The notes: generated by a model not told the origin, from the letters alone. DNA of 64,000 bases from Planktothrix sp. GU0601_MAG3 (GCA_035193785.1 CP136572.1:192001-256000), one strand, 5' to 3'. Positions 1 through 14,359 are shown, counted from the stretch's first letter. Program-made: numbers and translations.

Positions 1-1068
1 TTCTCTAAATCATCAGCAGTTCCGGCTTTTTCTACGGCTTGTTTCCACAAATAGACCATCAAATAAGCGGCTTCCATCGGGTCATTTGTTACCCGATCTT
101 GTCCATATTCAGCCCTAAATGCTTCCACCCATTTCTTATTAGCGGGAGTGTCAACGGTTTGGAAATAGTTCCAAGCAGCATAGTGACCCAAAAGGAATTC
201 CTTCCCAATTTGTCGCACTTCTTCTTCACCAATACTGACTGACATCACCGGATATTTTTCCGGGGTCATTCCCGCCCCCTGTAACTGTTTGAAGAAGGCT
301 ACATTACTATCTCCATTCAAACTATTAAAAATTACACCGCCATCGGGTAATGCCTGTTTGATTTTAGTAATAATCGGGGTAACTTCCGTATTCCCTAAAG
401 GTAAGTAATCTTCCCCTACGGTTGTACCACCAATAGCTGTTAATTGTTCCTTAATAATATTGTTGGCTGTGCGGGGAAAAACATAGTCAGAACCTACTAG
501 GAAAAACTCCTTACCTTTATTATCAAATAACCATTGTACGGCGGGTTCAATTTGTTGGTTGGGGGCGGCTCCGGTGTAAAAAATGTTTTTAGAACATTCT
601 TGACCTTCATATTGAACCGGATACCATAACATATGATTTCTGGATTCAAATACATCTTTTACCGCTTTCCGACTAGCAGATGTCCAGCAACCAAAAACCG
701 TAACAACTTTATCTTGGTCGATTAATTTTTGGGCTTTTTCGGCAAAAGTCGGCCAGTCAGAAGCACCATCTTCAACTACGGCTTCAATTTGTTTACCCAG
801 TACCCCACCATTGGCGTTAATTTCTTTAATGGCTAACTTTTCGGCTTCTACAACGGTGGTTTCACTAATTGCCATCGTTCCACTCAAGGAGTGAAGAATT
901 CCCACCTTAATTGTATCGCCACCACCGCCTGGGGTTGCGGTTGGGGTTGCGGTTGAGGTGGGGGTATTATTGGTGGCATTTTGGGCGCACCCTTTGAGGA
1001 ACAGGGTACTCCCAAAGGCTGCCGAAACCATAAACTAAGAATTTGCGTCTACCGAAATTTTTTTTCAC
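1..1068 (-). CDS. urtA: Urea ABC transporter substrate-binding protein (runs off left edge; apparent +1 frameshift at 1024-1028)
   Basis: Reverse strand reads [13 protein letters not shown] (Tat/lipoprotein-like leader), then [30 protein letters not shown] and [26 protein letters not shown], which are typical of UrtA. Absent from the ORF track because it is truncated and frameshifted. Confidence 0.93.
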
Positions 1069-1253
1069 GATGACTATTTATGAATTTTACTTAATAAAGT
1101 TGCTCGAAGAATAGGTGATTTTCTTGACCCTATCTGCAATCTTAGAATCAGTTTAATTCATAGATTACGCAGTAGATAAAAACACTTAAAAATTAATAAT
1201 TGACTGCGAATCAAGGAAGACAGAGTGGGGGCAACCTCCTATTCAGGCTTCGT

Positions 1254-1295
1254 ATACTAGAGGAATTCTATCGGTCTAATTGTAATCTACAATAC
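1254..1295 (-). promoter_or_regulatory. NtcA-activated promoter of urtA
   Basis: GTA-ATCTACAA-TAC at 1282-1295, 22 nt from a TAGTAT -10 box on the minus strand (1259-1254). Exact GTA-N8-TAC-N22-TAN3T geometry. Confidence 0.85.
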
Positions 1296-1443
1296 AAAAT
1301 ATTGATGATTGGCATAAAGAAATACCTCTAACCCAGGAGAAATTAAACAGTGAAATGCAACTGGGAAAACCTTAGCTTAGGTTTGTAACCTCACCAATAT
1401 GCAAAAATAATGAATAAATAATAAAACGTATCCGGCACGAAGT

Positions 1444-4017
1444 ATGGCTGTGGAGTCTCGATATAATCCTGCATCCCTTGAACAAAAGTGGCAACAAACC
1501 TGGGCACAACAGGGGTTGTACAAAACCCCAACCGATAAAAACCAGCCCAAATTTTACGCGCTATCCATGTTCCCCTATCCGTCGGGGAGTCTACACATGG
1601 GTCACGTTCGCAATTATACCATTACTGACGTGATCGCCCGACTCAAAAGGATGCAAGGCTATCGTGTCTTACATCCGATGGGGTGGGACGCCTTTGGACT
1701 ACCCGCCGAAAATGCCGCCATTGACCGAGGAATTCCTCCGGCGGAATGGACGTATCAAAATATTGCCCAAATGCGGGAACAACTGCAAAAGTTAGGGTTC
1801 TCCATTGACTGGGAAAAGGAAGTTACCACCTGTTCCCCGGAATATTACCGTTGGACACAGTGGCTGTTCTTACAATTCTATCAGTGTGGACTTGCCTATC
1901 AAAAAGAAGCGGCGGTTAATTGGGATCCAATTGATCAAACAGTGCTGGCGAATGAACAAGTCGATAATGAGGGACGTTCTTGGCGGTCTGGAGCCATTGT
2001 TGAGCAGAAATTATTGCGTCAATGGTTCCTAAAAATTACCGATTATGCTAACGAATTGCTCAACGATTTAGAGCATTTAAACGGCTGGCCGGAACGGGTT
2101 AAATTAATGCAAGCTAACTGGATCGGACAATCCATTGGGGCGCAGTTAGAATTTCCGATCATTGGGTTAGATGAAAAGATTGCGGTTTTCACCACCCGTC
2201 CCGATACGGTTTACGGGGTTTCCTATGTGGTATTAGCCCCGGAACATCCCTTAGTTGCTCAGGTAACAACTCCCGAACAAAAAGCCGCTGTAGAAGCATT
2301 TATTCAAGAGGTTAAAAACGAAAGCCAAACCGATCGCACCTCGGAAGATAAACCAAAACGGGGCGTTCCTACCGGGGGAAAAGTCCTTAATCCTTTTAAT
2401 GAAGAAGAAATTCCGATTTGGATTGCGGATTATGTTTTATATGGATATGGAACAGGCGCAGTCATGGGAGTTCCAGCCCATGATGTTCGGGATTTTCAAT
2501 TTGCCAATCAATATCATTTACCCATCAAACAGGTGATTGTTCCCGATGATGCGGATAATGATAATGAGGAAAATAATCGGATTAAAATAGCCTATACCGG
2601 GCCGGGAATTTTAGTCGAATCCCGTAATTTTAGTGGGGAATATTCCGAACACGGAAAACAAGCCATTATTGACTATGCTGAAGATGAGGGATATGGCAAA
2701 GGAATTATTCAATATCGCCTCAGAGATTGGTTGATTTCCCGTCAACGCTATTGGGGAACTCCGATCCCGATTATTCATTGTCCAAATTGTGGGGCGGTGG
2801 CCGTTCCCGATCAGGATTTACCCGTAAAATTACCGGAAAATGTCAAATTTAGTGGTCGAGGTTTATCTCCTTTAGCCCAATTAGAAGACTGGATTAATGT
2901 ACCTTGTCCGAGTTGTGGAATTCCGGCTAAACGGGAAACCGATACCATGGATACGTTCATTGATTCTTCTTGGTATTATTTGCGTTATCCTGATGCCCAA
3001 AATGATCAACAAGCATTCAATCCAGCAATTACTAATGATTGGATGTCAGTAGATCAATATGTGGGCGGTATTGAACACGCAATTTTGCATTTGTTGTATT
3101 CTCGATTCTTTACAAAAGTAGTGCGCGATCGCGGATTATTACATTGTAAAGAACCCTTTGAAAAGTTATTAACTCAAGGGATGGTGCAGGGAATTACCTA
3201 TAAAAACCGCACCACGGGTAAGTATTTTTCCGCCTCCCAAGTAAGTCCGAGTAATCCCCAAGATCCGACAACGGGAGAAAAGTTAGAAGTCTTTTATGAG
3301 AAGATGTCTAAATCTAAATATAATGGGGTTGATCCATTAGAAGTAATGGGCAAATATGGGGCCGATACCGCCCGAATGTTTATTCTATTTAAAGCTCCTC
3401 CTGAAAAGGATTTAGAATGGGATGATGCCGATGTTGAGGGACAATTTCGTTTCTTAAATCGAGTTTGGAGAATTGTCACCGAATTTGCTGAAATTGCCAC
3501 TTCTAAACCTAAGAATCGAGAATTAACTAAGGAGGAAAAAGACTTAAAACGGGCGATTCATACGGCGATTAAAGAGGTCAGTGAAGATTTAGACGGAGAC
3601 TATCAATTTAATACGGCGGTATCTGAATTGATGAAACTCAGTAATGCTTTATCAGAAGCGAATTGTAAGGAGTCTATCGTTTATTCTGAAGGCATTGAAA
3701 CCCTGTTGAAATTATTAGCCCCCTTTGCTCCCCATATTGCGGAGGAATTATGGCAAATAATTGGAAAAACGGGTTCAATTCATACCCAAACCTGGCCTGA
3801 GCATGACCCAGAAGCGTTGGTAGTGGATGAAATTACCTTAGTAATTCAAATTAATGGAAAAACCCGCGGCACGCTACAAGTTCCAGCGACCGCCGATCAT
3901 CAAACCTTAGAAGAATATGCCAAAAATTCTGAGGTGAGTCAACGTCATATTGGGGACAAAACCATTAAGAAAGTGATTGTTGTCCCGGGAAAATTAGTCA
4001 ATTTTGTGGTCGTTTAA
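1444..4017 (+). CDS. leuS: Leucine--tRNA ligase
   Basis: HMGH (HIGH) and KMSKS motifs, editing domain; 857 aa. Confidence 0.98.
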   Translation: MAVESRYNPASLEQKWQQTWAQQGLYKTPTDKNQPKFYALSMFPYPSGSLHMGHVRNYTITDVIARLKRMQGYRVLHPMGWDAFGLPAENAAIDRGIPPAEWTYQNIAQMREQLQKLGFSIDWEKEVTTCSPEYYRWTQWLFLQFYQCGLAYQKEAAVNWDPIDQTVLANEQVDNEGRSWRSGAIVEQKLLRQWFLKITDYANELLNDLEHLNGWPERVKLMQANWIGQSIGAQLEFPIIGLDEKIAVFTTRPDTVYGVSYVVLAPEHPLVAQVTTPEQKAAVEAFIQEVKNESQTDRTSEDKPKRGVPTGGKVLNPFNEEEIPIWIADYVLYGYGTGAVMGVPAHDVRDFQFANQYHLPIKQVIVPDDADNDNEENNRIKIAYTGPGILVESRNFSGEYSEHGKQAIIDYAEDEGYGKGIIQYRLRDWLISRQRYWGTPIPIIHCPNCGAVAVPDQDLPVKLPENVKFSGRGLSPLAQLEDWINVPCPSCGIPAKRETDTMDTFIDSSWYYLRYPDAQNDQQAFNPAITNDWMSVDQYVGGIEHAILHLLYSRFFTKVVRDRGLLHCKEPFEKLLTQGMVQGITYKNRTTGKYFSASQVSPSNPQDPTTGEKLEVFYEKMSKSKYNGVDPLEVMGKYGADTARMFILFKAPPEKDLEWDDADVEGQFRFLNRVWRIVTEFAEIATSKPKNRELTKEEKDLKRAIHTAIKEVSEDLDGDYQFNTAVSELMKLSNALSEANCKESIVYSEGIETLLKLLAPFAPHIAEELWQIIGKTGSIHTQTWPEHDPEALVVDEITLVIQINGKTRGTLQVPATADHQTLEEYAKNSEVSQRHIGDKTIKKVIVVPGKLVNFVVV

Positions 4018-4045
4018 CCCAGAAAGGTTAAAATACTTTAAGATT

Positions 4046-4076
4046 CCCCCAAATTTTTCCGGTTTGGGGGTTTTTT
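4046..4076 (+). terminator. Rho-independent terminator after leuS
   Basis: CCCCCAAA...TTTGGGGG stem followed by a T run. Confidence 0.7.
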
Positions 4077-4328
4077 ATTCAGAATAAATAAATTGGGGAT
4101 TAGGCTTGGGATATCAGAAGGATGGTAAATTTTTTGTCCAGACTCCAGACTTTTGAATTCTAAATTTGATATCATGGACAATGGGGAAGCGCAAAGGTAT
4201 TTTTTTCCCAGACTGAGAAGATCAAGCTCCAAGCATAATCCCAGATTTCAGCAGGGTTCGCCTATTTTTAATCAAATTTAATATTTCTATAAAAATCAAC
4301 TGAGTTTAATTTACTAAAAGGGAGTTTC

Positions 4329-5342
4329 ATGTTTAATAATAGTAAAAAATTTTATGAACAAGGTTTAACCAAAGCACGTCAAGGTAATTATCAAGGTGCT
4401 TTAAAAGATTTTGATCAAGTGATTCAATTAAACCCTAATTATGCCAGTGCCTATAATAATAGGGGTCTAGTTTATTATTATTTGAAAGATTATCAAAAAG
4501 CGGTTAGTGATTTAACGAAAGCCTTACAAATTGAGCCTAAGTTACCCGATGCTTATTTGAATCGAGGCAATGCTTGGAGACATTTAGGCAAATATGAAAA
4601 AGCCATTCAAGATTTTAAAATAGCCCTAAGTTTTAATCCTAAAAGTGATGCGGTTTATAATAATTTGGGATTGGCGATCGCCCAGTCAGGACAGTATCAA
4701 GATGCAATTACCAATTATAATCAAGCCCTAGCCCTCAATCCTGAGAATCATAAAACCTATTATAATCGCGGTCGGGCTTTTTATTTATTAGGAATTAAAG
4801 AAAAGGCATTAGATGATTTTAATAAAGCCACCGAATTAGAATTGAATTATATTAAAGCCTATATTAATCGGGGATTATGTTATTATCAATTAGGAAAACA
4901 TGATCGCGCCATCCGCGATTATAACCGGGCATTACAAATTGATCCTTATAATGTTTATGCCTATTATAATCGGGGCTGTGTTCACCATAACCTCAAACAA
5001 TATCAAGCTGCAATTGATGATTTTGATCAAGTTATAAATATTGATCCTAACTTTATTAAAGCCTATTTAAACCGGGGGTTATCTCGTTATAAGCTAGGAG
5101 ATGAATCGGGAGCCAATAAAGACTTTTATCATGTGATGTGTGTGAATTCAGATACCTATATTCATTATCAAGCACAACGGGGGATTTCCAATCCGAGTCC
5201 CTATGCTAAAAACTCTCCTAAAGTTGATATGCAACACGGCGGAGAATATTTTTATACAACTTTTCTGAATGGATTGTGGGATGCAGAAGACCTAGAACAA
5301 AGGGAATCAACTATCTGTGAAGCTGAATTTATTAATGAATAA
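4329..5342 (+). CDS. Tetratricopeptide repeat protein
   Basis: About 8 TPR units (AYxNRG...A..DF..A...P). Confidence 0.9.
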   Translation: MFNNSKKFYEQGLTKARQGNYQGALKDFDQVIQLNPNYASAYNNRGLVYYYLKDYQKAVSDLTKALQIEPKLPDAYLNRGNAWRHLGKYEKAIQDFKIALSFNPKSDAVYNNLGLAIAQSGQYQDAITNYNQALALNPENHKTYYNRGRAFYLLGIKEKALDDFNKATELELNYIKAYINRGLCYYQLGKHDRAIRDYNRALQIDPYNVYAYYNRGCVHHNLKQYQAAIDDFDQVINIDPNFIKAYLNRGLSRYKLGDESGANKDFYHVMCVNSDTYIHYQAQRGISNPSPYAKNSPKVDMQHGGEYFYTTFLNGLWDAEDLEQRESTICEAEFINE

Positions 5343-5371
5343 AAATTTGTCGTATACTTCAGTCCCTGGGT

Positions 5372-6175
5372 TTAAGTGAACAACATATTTAAACTAATGA
5401 ATAATAAAAATAAAGCAAAAGCCGTGCGTAATTTTTCCCCTGAAATTAAATGGGAAAGTGATGTTCCCCAAAAAGCACCTAAGATCGCAAACGGAGCGAT
5501 TAATAATAAAGCTGGCCAGTAAATATATCCAATAAATCCAGGAATAAAAGAATCGCCATGGGAAGATAAGAGAAAAGCCAGAGTTCCTAAAATAGAAATT
5601 GGTAAACTAAAGGAGGAAGATGTCCCCACCACTTCATACATGGGTAATCCGCAATAAATTAAAAAAGGCACACTAATTGCACCGCCTCCCACTCCTAGGA
5701 GTCCAGACTTAAAACCAATTCCTAACCCGACGGCGTTAATTATAGCTAATCCAGGTAAGGATTCTGATTGTAATTGCGGTTTAAAATCCAGCAATAGTTT
5801 AACAGAAATTAATAATAAAAATAATCCGAAAATAATTTTCAGTAAAGCACTGGATAAAGTATGATCTAATAGTGCACCGAATAAAACCCCTAATAGAATC
5901 CCAGGAATAATTTTCCAAAAAACTCTCCATTGTACATCCCCTTTGGAATGGTGTGCCACAATCGAAGAAGTCGCCGTAAAAGTCATTACACTCATGGAAG
6001 TGGCGATCGCACTGTGCATCACCAGATCGGTTGGAAATCCCATTAAATTAAAAATATAAAATAACCCTGGGACAACTAACATTCCTCCGCCAATCCCGAG
6101 TAATCCGGCCGTTGTGCCCGCGGCCAGTCCTAATGTTGCTAATAACATCCAAGGCAGAATCCCCATGACCATCAA
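5372..6175 (-). CDS. TauE/SafE (TSUP) family transporter
   Basis: Hydrophobic, with duplicated GLLGIGGG / GLLGVGGG motifs. Confidence 0.85.
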   Translation of the reverse strand: MMVMGILPWMLLATLGLAAGTTAGLLGIGGGMLVVPGLFYIFNLMGFPTDLVMHSAIATSMSVMTFTATSSIVAHHSKGDVQWRVFWKIIPGILLGVLFGALLDHTLSSALLKIIFGLFLLLISVKLLLDFKPQLQSESLPGLAIINAVGLGIGFKSGLLGVGGGAISVPFLIYCGLPMYEVVGTSSSFSLPISILGTLAFLLSSHGDSFIPGFIGYIYWPALLLIAPFAILGAFWGTSLSHLISGEKLRTAFALFLLFISLNMLFT

Positions 6176-6468
6176 AAAATACCCAGTTTACGGCAATAGG
6201 TCAATTGTATTGTGTCACAAATTTTTATAGTGCGCTTCCTCCCAGCCAATCTTCCCCGTAATTAATTCCGATTAGCCAATGAACACTAAGCTGTAAAATA
6301 GTTGAAAGTGCAAATTGACAACAGTGACGGCCCTCAAGCTAGTCTAAGAGGGAAAGTTAATATTTGATGACTGTTTCCGTCCATCGCACGTCAAAAAAAC
6401 CAGCATAGTGATGTATTCGTCACATTTTGTTAGTTAAGAGCTTAGGTATTATAAGGGAGAACCAAAGA

Positions 6469-7672
<1,204 letters not shown>

Positions 7673-7708
7673 ATCAGTTAACAGTAAACAGTTCCCAGTT
7701 ATCAGTGC

Positions 7709-8112
7709 AAGAATTTAAGAGGATGACACCGATTAACACCGATGAAAATCCGTGAAATCCGCGAAATCCTCTTAAATCCGCGATCCTCGTTTCCCATGAT
7801 TTTATGCTCCAAAGTCAGAATTCAAGATGAAAATCCGTGAAATCCGCGAAATCCTCTTAAATCCGTGATCCTCGTTTCCCATGATTTTATGCTCCAAACT
7901 AAGAATTCAAGAGAATAACGCCAATCAACACCGATGAAAATCCGTGAAATCCGCGAAATCCTCTTAAATCCGCGATCCCCGTTTCCCATGATTTTATGCT
8001 CCAAACTAAGAATTCAAGAGGATAACCCCAATCAACACCGATGAAAATCCGTGAAATCCGCGAAATCCTCTTAAATCCGTGATCCCCGTTTCCCATGATT
8101 TTATGCTTCCAA
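7709..8112. repeat. Tandem repeat, 4 copies, ~107-bp unit
   Basis: Core GATGAAAATCCGTGAAATCCGCGAAATCCTCTTAAATCCG... starts at 7741, 7826, 7933 and 8040. Confidence 0.95.
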
Positions 8113-9063
8113 AAAATGGCATTGAAATGTACCAACAAAGGCTTTTTGCCCTGCATAAAAGTCGAATTTATACTAATTTATATTCTGAAATTGATCAGCC
8201 AAATTATCAAGATTGGCTGGATATATTAAAGCAAGAATCTGATTTAATTCAAGATAAAATTGCCAAAAACCCCGATTCATCTCGTCTGAATATTTTATTG
8301 GGAGATTCCCTAAGTATGTGGTTTCCCAATAGTTTATTACCATCGGGAAACCCTATGGTTAAATCAAGGTATTTCAGGAGATACAACCAGTGGAATTTTA
8401 GAACGTCTGGATATTTTTGCTAAAAATAATCCTAATAATATTTATATTTTAGCTGGAATTAATGATTTAAAAAAACAAGTTCCCGTCGCAGAGATATTAA
8501 AAAACCATCTAAAAATATTAAATTATCTAAAACAAAATTATCCCGATACTCAAATTTTAGTTCAATCTATTTTTCCCACTCAATTACCCACAGAAAATCT
8601 AACTTTTTCGATTCCAAATTCTTTAATTAAACAACTAAATCAAAACCTAGCCCAACAAGTTCAAAACCAAGGAAGTATCTATTTAGACTTTCATCAACGA
8701 TTTACTAATACCCAGGGAAATCTCAAATCCGAACTAACCACCGACGGTTTACATCTTAGCCTAGAAGGTTACAAAGTTTGGCAATTTGCCCTCAAACAAA
8801 CCGAATCCCGCCTATCCAACAATCGAGATCATAACTATCAAAAATGGCTACAACAATCATCAGGATTTCCTTTAGATGGAAAATCCTATAGTTGGGTTTC
8901 CTATCAAGTTAAACCCGGAGATACCTTAGAAAAAATCACCCTAAAAGCATTAGGACAAGAGGATTTCGATTATTGCGATTTAATCGCCATCCGAAACCAC
9001 CTGACATCGGATTTTCTCCTGATCGATGAACGTCTCGAAATCCCGCAATTAATCCAAAAATAG
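8103..9063 (+). CDS. GDSL/SGNH hydrolase with C-terminal LysM domain (apparent frameshift at 8347-8351)
   Basis: LLGDSLS, NQGISGDTT, AGINDL, DGLHL; C-terminal YQVKPGDTLEKI. Confidence 0.85.
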
Positions 9064-9101
9064 CAGGGTTTCGGGTTTTCCAGGTAGATAGTCCAACCGA
9101 A

Positions 9102-9284
9102 CTAGAGAGTTTGGCGAGAAACAAATTTTTCCAAGTCCGCCTGAGTTTGTTGTAGCAGTTGCTCACGAGAATCACGAGCTATCGTCAGGTTGGGAACTAA
9201 ATTACGAGCTTGTAACGTCATGTGCAGTTGTAAATCTGCCACATAAGCACTTACGCCTTGCTGATCAGAAGCTGTTGAGTATCC
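9102..9284 (-). CDS. Small hypothetical protein (~60 aa)
   Basis: Compact ORF MGYSTASDQQGVSAYVADLQLHMTLQARNLVP... with its own upstream regulatory region. Confidence 0.65.
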   Translation of the reverse strand, partial: GYSTASDQQGVSAYVADLQLHMTLQARNLVPNLTIARDSREQLLQQTQADLEKFVSRQTL

Positions 9285-9413
9285 CATCTCTAACTTCACA
9301 GGTTTTTCTCCCTTTACGCTTAACTGTATTTTTTCATCACTGGGTAAAAGGTATCACGTCCTTTGCCATACTGTCTGATCCCGCAACGAAGTTTAACGGT
9401 TTTGGGGATAATC

Positions 9414-9431
9414 TTTACAGTTCGTTACAAA
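9414..9431. promoter_or_regulatory. HLR1-like (RpaB) direct repeat
   Basis: TTTACAGT-TC-GTTACAAA; one mismatch to (G/T)TTACA(T/A)(T/A)-N2-(G/T)TTACA(T/A)(T/A). Confidence 0.55.
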
Positions 9432-9718
9432 TCCACCTAAGATGGGAGTCACCTTAAGGACTAACCGCCAATCATTCCAATATTGGGATTTGTTAGCAAA
9501 AATGGGATTTATGGGTAAGATTCCTAGTGATAAGGATATTTCCGTTGCAGCTAAAAATTCCAGTACAAGACTAACAAACCCAGGGATACTCTAGGCACCG
9601 GAAGACACCGGATAGGGATTAATTTGTATTTTGTATTTTTAGATACAGAAAAAAATTACATTTAACCAGACTCATAATTTAGAATCAATCACCAACACAA
9701 AATTTAGGTTTTTTGGAC

Positions 9719-12700
9719 ATGACACAACTTATTGGTAATGCGAGCGATGATTTTTTAGTCGGGACACCCGAAACCCGATGAAATCCTAGGATTTGCCGGA
9801 AACGATACCTTACAAGGATTAGGGGAAAATGATACCCTGAATGGGGGTCAAGATCAGGATTTGTTGTCCGGGGGCAATGGCAATGATCTGATGTTTGGGG
9901 ATCTAGGAAATGATACCCTCGAAGGAGAGGCAGGGAATGATATTGCTTACGGCAATAGTGAGGATGATCAACTCAATGGCGGTGAAGGTGACGACCTCCT
10001 CTATGGTGGACAGGAGAATGATACCCTGTTTAGCAGTAGTGGAAATGATCGGCTATTTGGAGATAGGGGAAACGACCTTCTCTATAGCGGAAGTGGGAAG
10101 AATCAACTGACTGGAGGCGGAGGTTCCGATGTATTTGTAATTGGTCGAGAACTGATAGATAGTGAAGTTGATAGTATTACTGATTTTAGGTTTGGAGTCG
10201 ATTTAATTGGATTAACCAAGGAATTAAAATTTGCTGATTTGCGGTTTGTTCAAGTGGGAAATGATACCGTAATTGAAGATAGGATCAGCAATCAACAACT
10301 GATTATTGTTCAGGAAACCCAAGCCACAACCCTTAATAATCAAGCCAACTTTACCCAATCCATCGAAAGCCTTACGCCCGTTATTGAGTTTACCAATAAT
10401 GATTCCCTAACAGTCAAAGAAGGTGAAACACCAGCCATATTTGTCAATGTTCGACGGGCGGGTTCCCCGTTTAATACGGTGAGTGCCAAACTAGAATTGC
10501 AACTAGACACCGCCAACGGTAGTGACCTTAACTTAGAACCCGTAGAAATAGTTTTCAAACCCTACGAAACTTTTAAAATTGTTCCTATTCCTTTAACCGT
10601 TATTGATGATCGAGAAACCGAACCGAATGAAAGCTTTAAGTTAATTCTGGCCAATCCCACCGGAGGAGCTACCCTAGGAGAATCCCAGGAAATTGTTGTC
10701 ACCCTACAAGATAATGATAGTAGTTCCGGAGGAAGTCTCCCCCCCAGCAATTCAGCACCACCGATCGTTTTTCCCATCGGGCCCTTTCCCTCCACCATTA
10801 GTCTGTCGGTTGCCCCCTCTACTATTCTGGAAAATAGCCAGGAAAACTTTGTTTATACCTTTACACGGGCGGGAGGTTCCCTAGACCTACCAATTAACGT
10901 TAACTTCACCGTGGGAGGAACGGCGCAACTAGGGACAAACTATACCGTTATTGACAACCAAACCTTTACGAGTACCGGGGGTAGCGTTTCCTTCCCGGCA
11001 AATGGTACCATCGCCACCCTAAAACTCGCTCCCATCAATAACGATAAATTTGAAGAAGACCCCCTAACTATTGATATCACCTTAAAAGAATCCGGTTTCT
11101 TATATACCGCCAATCCTCAACAATCTGCCGCAGTGGCAAGTATCCAGAGCGAAGATCTGCCACCCAGACCCCCGGTTTACAACTTTAGTCAATCGGAATT
11201 TCCTATCTTTGAGGGTGATCCTGGCTTTCCTCAACAAGCAACTATTACGGTTAATCGTGGTTTTGATATCAGTCAGCAATCGAGTGTTAGGATTCTTCTG
11301 ATCCCGGCTGGACAGAACGGCGGAACACCCGGGGTTGATGTTGAACCCACGGAAAACTCGTCCTAAATTTTGCCCCGGGTCAGGCCGAGAATACCTTTCA
11401 AATCCCGATTATTGGTGATAACGATATTGAGCCTTCAGAAACAATTATCCTATCCTTTGCACCGGACGGTTTTATCCCCACTGGACAAGCGGGAACCCTT
11501 TATCCCACAGCCAACTTAATTATTAATGACGACGATGGCCCCACTACTTATGATTTCAAAGAACCCCTATTCACCACTCTTGAAGGTAACTCCACTAATA
11601 TTACCCAACTGGTAGAAATTGATCGTTCCGGGGATATTAATGTTAACTCCTCTGTGGAAGTCAATGTCACCGGGGTCAATGCTATCCCCAATGTAGATTT
11701 TGTTCCCGGGCCAATCACCGTGAATTTCACCCCAGGACAAACGGCCCAAACCGTGCCGATTACGATTATTGGCAACCTCACACCCAATCAAAACAGAACC
11801 CTGAATCTTTCCTTCAATCCCCCCCTAGGGGCGTTGGTGGGGAACCAGCATCCCACCGCAGAGTTATTGGTGATTGATGATGATAATGTTCCGACCTATG
11901 ACTTCACCACCAATGTTTATGAGGTACGGGAAGGGAATAGTGATATTACCTACAATGAAATTACTGTTGTTCGCTCAGGAAAGGTTGATATTAACTCATC
12001 GGTGACGGTGGACTTAAACCCGGCTGCCCAAAATGGAGCGACTCCAGGAGATGACTTTACTCCGAGTACCATTCCCTTGCAATTTGCCCCCGGAGAAATT
12101 AGTAAAACCGTATCGGTTACGATTAAAGGAGATGAAACATCTGAATCTACCGAAACTGTAATTCTCTCCTTTTCTGGCTTCGACAACGATGGACAAACCG
12201 GAACCACCGTCCCGCAAGCCGCTCTGATCATTAATGATGATGATTCCCCACCCACCTATAACTTTACCCAGAACAACTACACCGTAGATGAAGGAGACGG
12301 CACGAACCTGTTTAATGAAGTTCAGGTGGTTCGCTCAGGAGATATTAGTCAAACCTCTAGTGTGGATGTGGTATTTACCAGTGAGACGGCGATCGCTAAT
12401 ACCGACTTTACACCAGGGCCCCAAAAAATTCAATTTGCGATTAACCAAGACAAACAAATTGTCCCCCTTGGAATTATTGGGAACACCCGGGTGCAACCTG
12501 ACCGCAGCTTTGCACTCTCCTTTGCTAATTTTGACAAAAACGGACAAGATGGAGACAATATCCCCACCAGTACCGTTACCATCAAAGATGACGACAAAGC
12601 CACTCTCAGTTTAACCACCGTAGAAGCAATAGCCACCGAACCTGTCACCACAAAAGTCCCCAATGAACAGCCCAAAAACGGGATTTATCGGATTAGTCGT

Positions 12701-14078
12701 GCGCCGGATGCCTTTGGGGATTTAACCATCAACCTCACCCTAGAACCCGATAGAATTAGCACCGCCGACTATACCCTGAGCACCTCAACGGGTCAACCCA
12801 TTGTTGTCAATGACAACTCCACCGCCACTGTTACCCTTCCTAACAATCAATCCAGTATTGATATCATCTTGACTCCCATTGATGATGTCCCAGCCGAAGC
12901 CGACGAATCCTTAACCCTAGTCTTAGCGGACGGTAACTATCAGATTGATCCCGATGAAAATACGGCAAAGGTGACAATTCTAGTCAATGATACCGCCGTG
13001 ACTCAACTGGGAGATACCACCAGCAACGCCCCGGAAGACTATGCCACCCGAGAAGGTTCCTTGCGTCAGGCGATTATCAACGCCGGAATTCTGCCTGGGG
13101 AAGATACGATTACCTTTGTTGACAAAGCTGCCTCCGGGGTGATTAATCTGGTGGGAGCTTTACCCGGGATTAGTAGCGATATGATTTTTGATGGGCCAGG
13201 AGCCGATAAGCTCACCATTCGTCGAGATACGGGCGGGGACTACAATATTTTCACCGTTAATGGCGGGAATATTACTTTTGAGGGATTGAAACTGACCAAT
13301 GGTTTCCCCGCCGGAAACGATACCCAATACAAGTAGTACGACCACAGGGAGTCGAGGTGGTGCAATTAATATTACTTCCTCTGCCAGTAAGGTTAAGGTA
13401 CTCGACAGTTGGCTTGATGCCAACCAGGCGAATAATGGGGGGGCGATCGCCAACTCCGGCCAACTCACGGTTCAAAATAGTACCATCAGCAATAACACAG
13501 GTAGCAACGGTGGTGGAATTATTGTGATTGATGGTCAAGTCCAAATTGTTAATAGCACGATTGCTAACAATAAGGGCAGCATCGGCGGTGGCGTGTTTAA
13601 CTCCGTTGCGGACTTAACCATTACCAATAGTACAATTGCCTTCAATGATGCAACCGGAAACAGTGGCGGGGTGAGAAATATTGGCGGTTTAGCCAACCTG
13701 AAAAACACAATTATTGCCAGTAACACCTCTCCCTTTAACCCCGACGTGGGAGCCTCCATTGAATTTGCCTTCAAGAGTGGAGGTAATAACCTAATTGGGG
13801 ACGGAACTGGAGGACAGGGTTTAGTCAACGGAGTGAACAATGATCAGGTCGGTAGCAGTACCACCCCGATTGATCCCTTACTCAGTCCCCTACAAAACAA
13901 CGGTGGTGGCACGCCTACCTTGGCTCTAGCTAGTACCAGTCTTGCAATTAACAAGGGAAGTAATAGCTTTATTGCCCCCTATACCAACCCCGGACAATTT
14001 GACCAACGGGGGCCAAACTTTACCCGAATCATCAACAATATCATTGATATCGGAGCCTTTGAGTCTCAACTGTTCTAA
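9719..14078 (+). CDS. Large secreted/surface protein (~1450 aa): RTX-like Ca-binding repeats, multiple Calx-beta domains, C-terminal beta-helix/choice-of-anchor-Q-like region (apparent frameshifts at 9770, 11352, 13302)
   Basis: GGxGxDxL nonapeptides; repeated F..GE..K...I.I.GD...E.E...L.L Calx-beta units; LQNNGGGTPTLAL, DQRG and DIGAFE at the C-terminus. The frames join after motif repair. Confidence 0.88.
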
Positions 14079-14115
14079 TTACGAATTACGAATTACGAAT
14101 TACGAATTACGAATT
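14078..14115. repeat. STRR heptamer (AATTACG)n
   Basis: About 5 tandem copies directly after the stop codon. Confidence 0.9.
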
Positions 14116-14359
14116 AGGGCGGGTTTAGAAAGGCTATCTGTGAGGATCAGAAATTTGTACAGAACCCGCCCCTACAATTAAATATTGTACCCCGTAGGGG
14201 CGGGTTCACGTTAACCTTTAATACCCACAAACAATCTCCCAAAACCCGCCCCGAACCCGACCAAAATTCCCGATTAACTGAATATTAATAGTGGGGTGGG
14301 GCGGGTTGAGAAAGGCTATCTGTGAGGAGCAGAAATTTGTACAGAAACCCGCTCCTACA
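14115..14359. repeat. Cluster of three REP-like inverted repeats (GGGGCGGGTT...AACCCGCCCCTAC)
   Basis: Copies at ~14115-14175, ~14194-14252 and ~14296-14359, between convergent genes. Copies 1 and 3 share the loop sequence. Confidence 0.85.

Noticed and set aside
7822..8156. Minus-strand ORFs and a possible second CRISPR array
   Set aside because: The units are near-identical tandem copies without unique spacers, and the ORFs are repeat translations.
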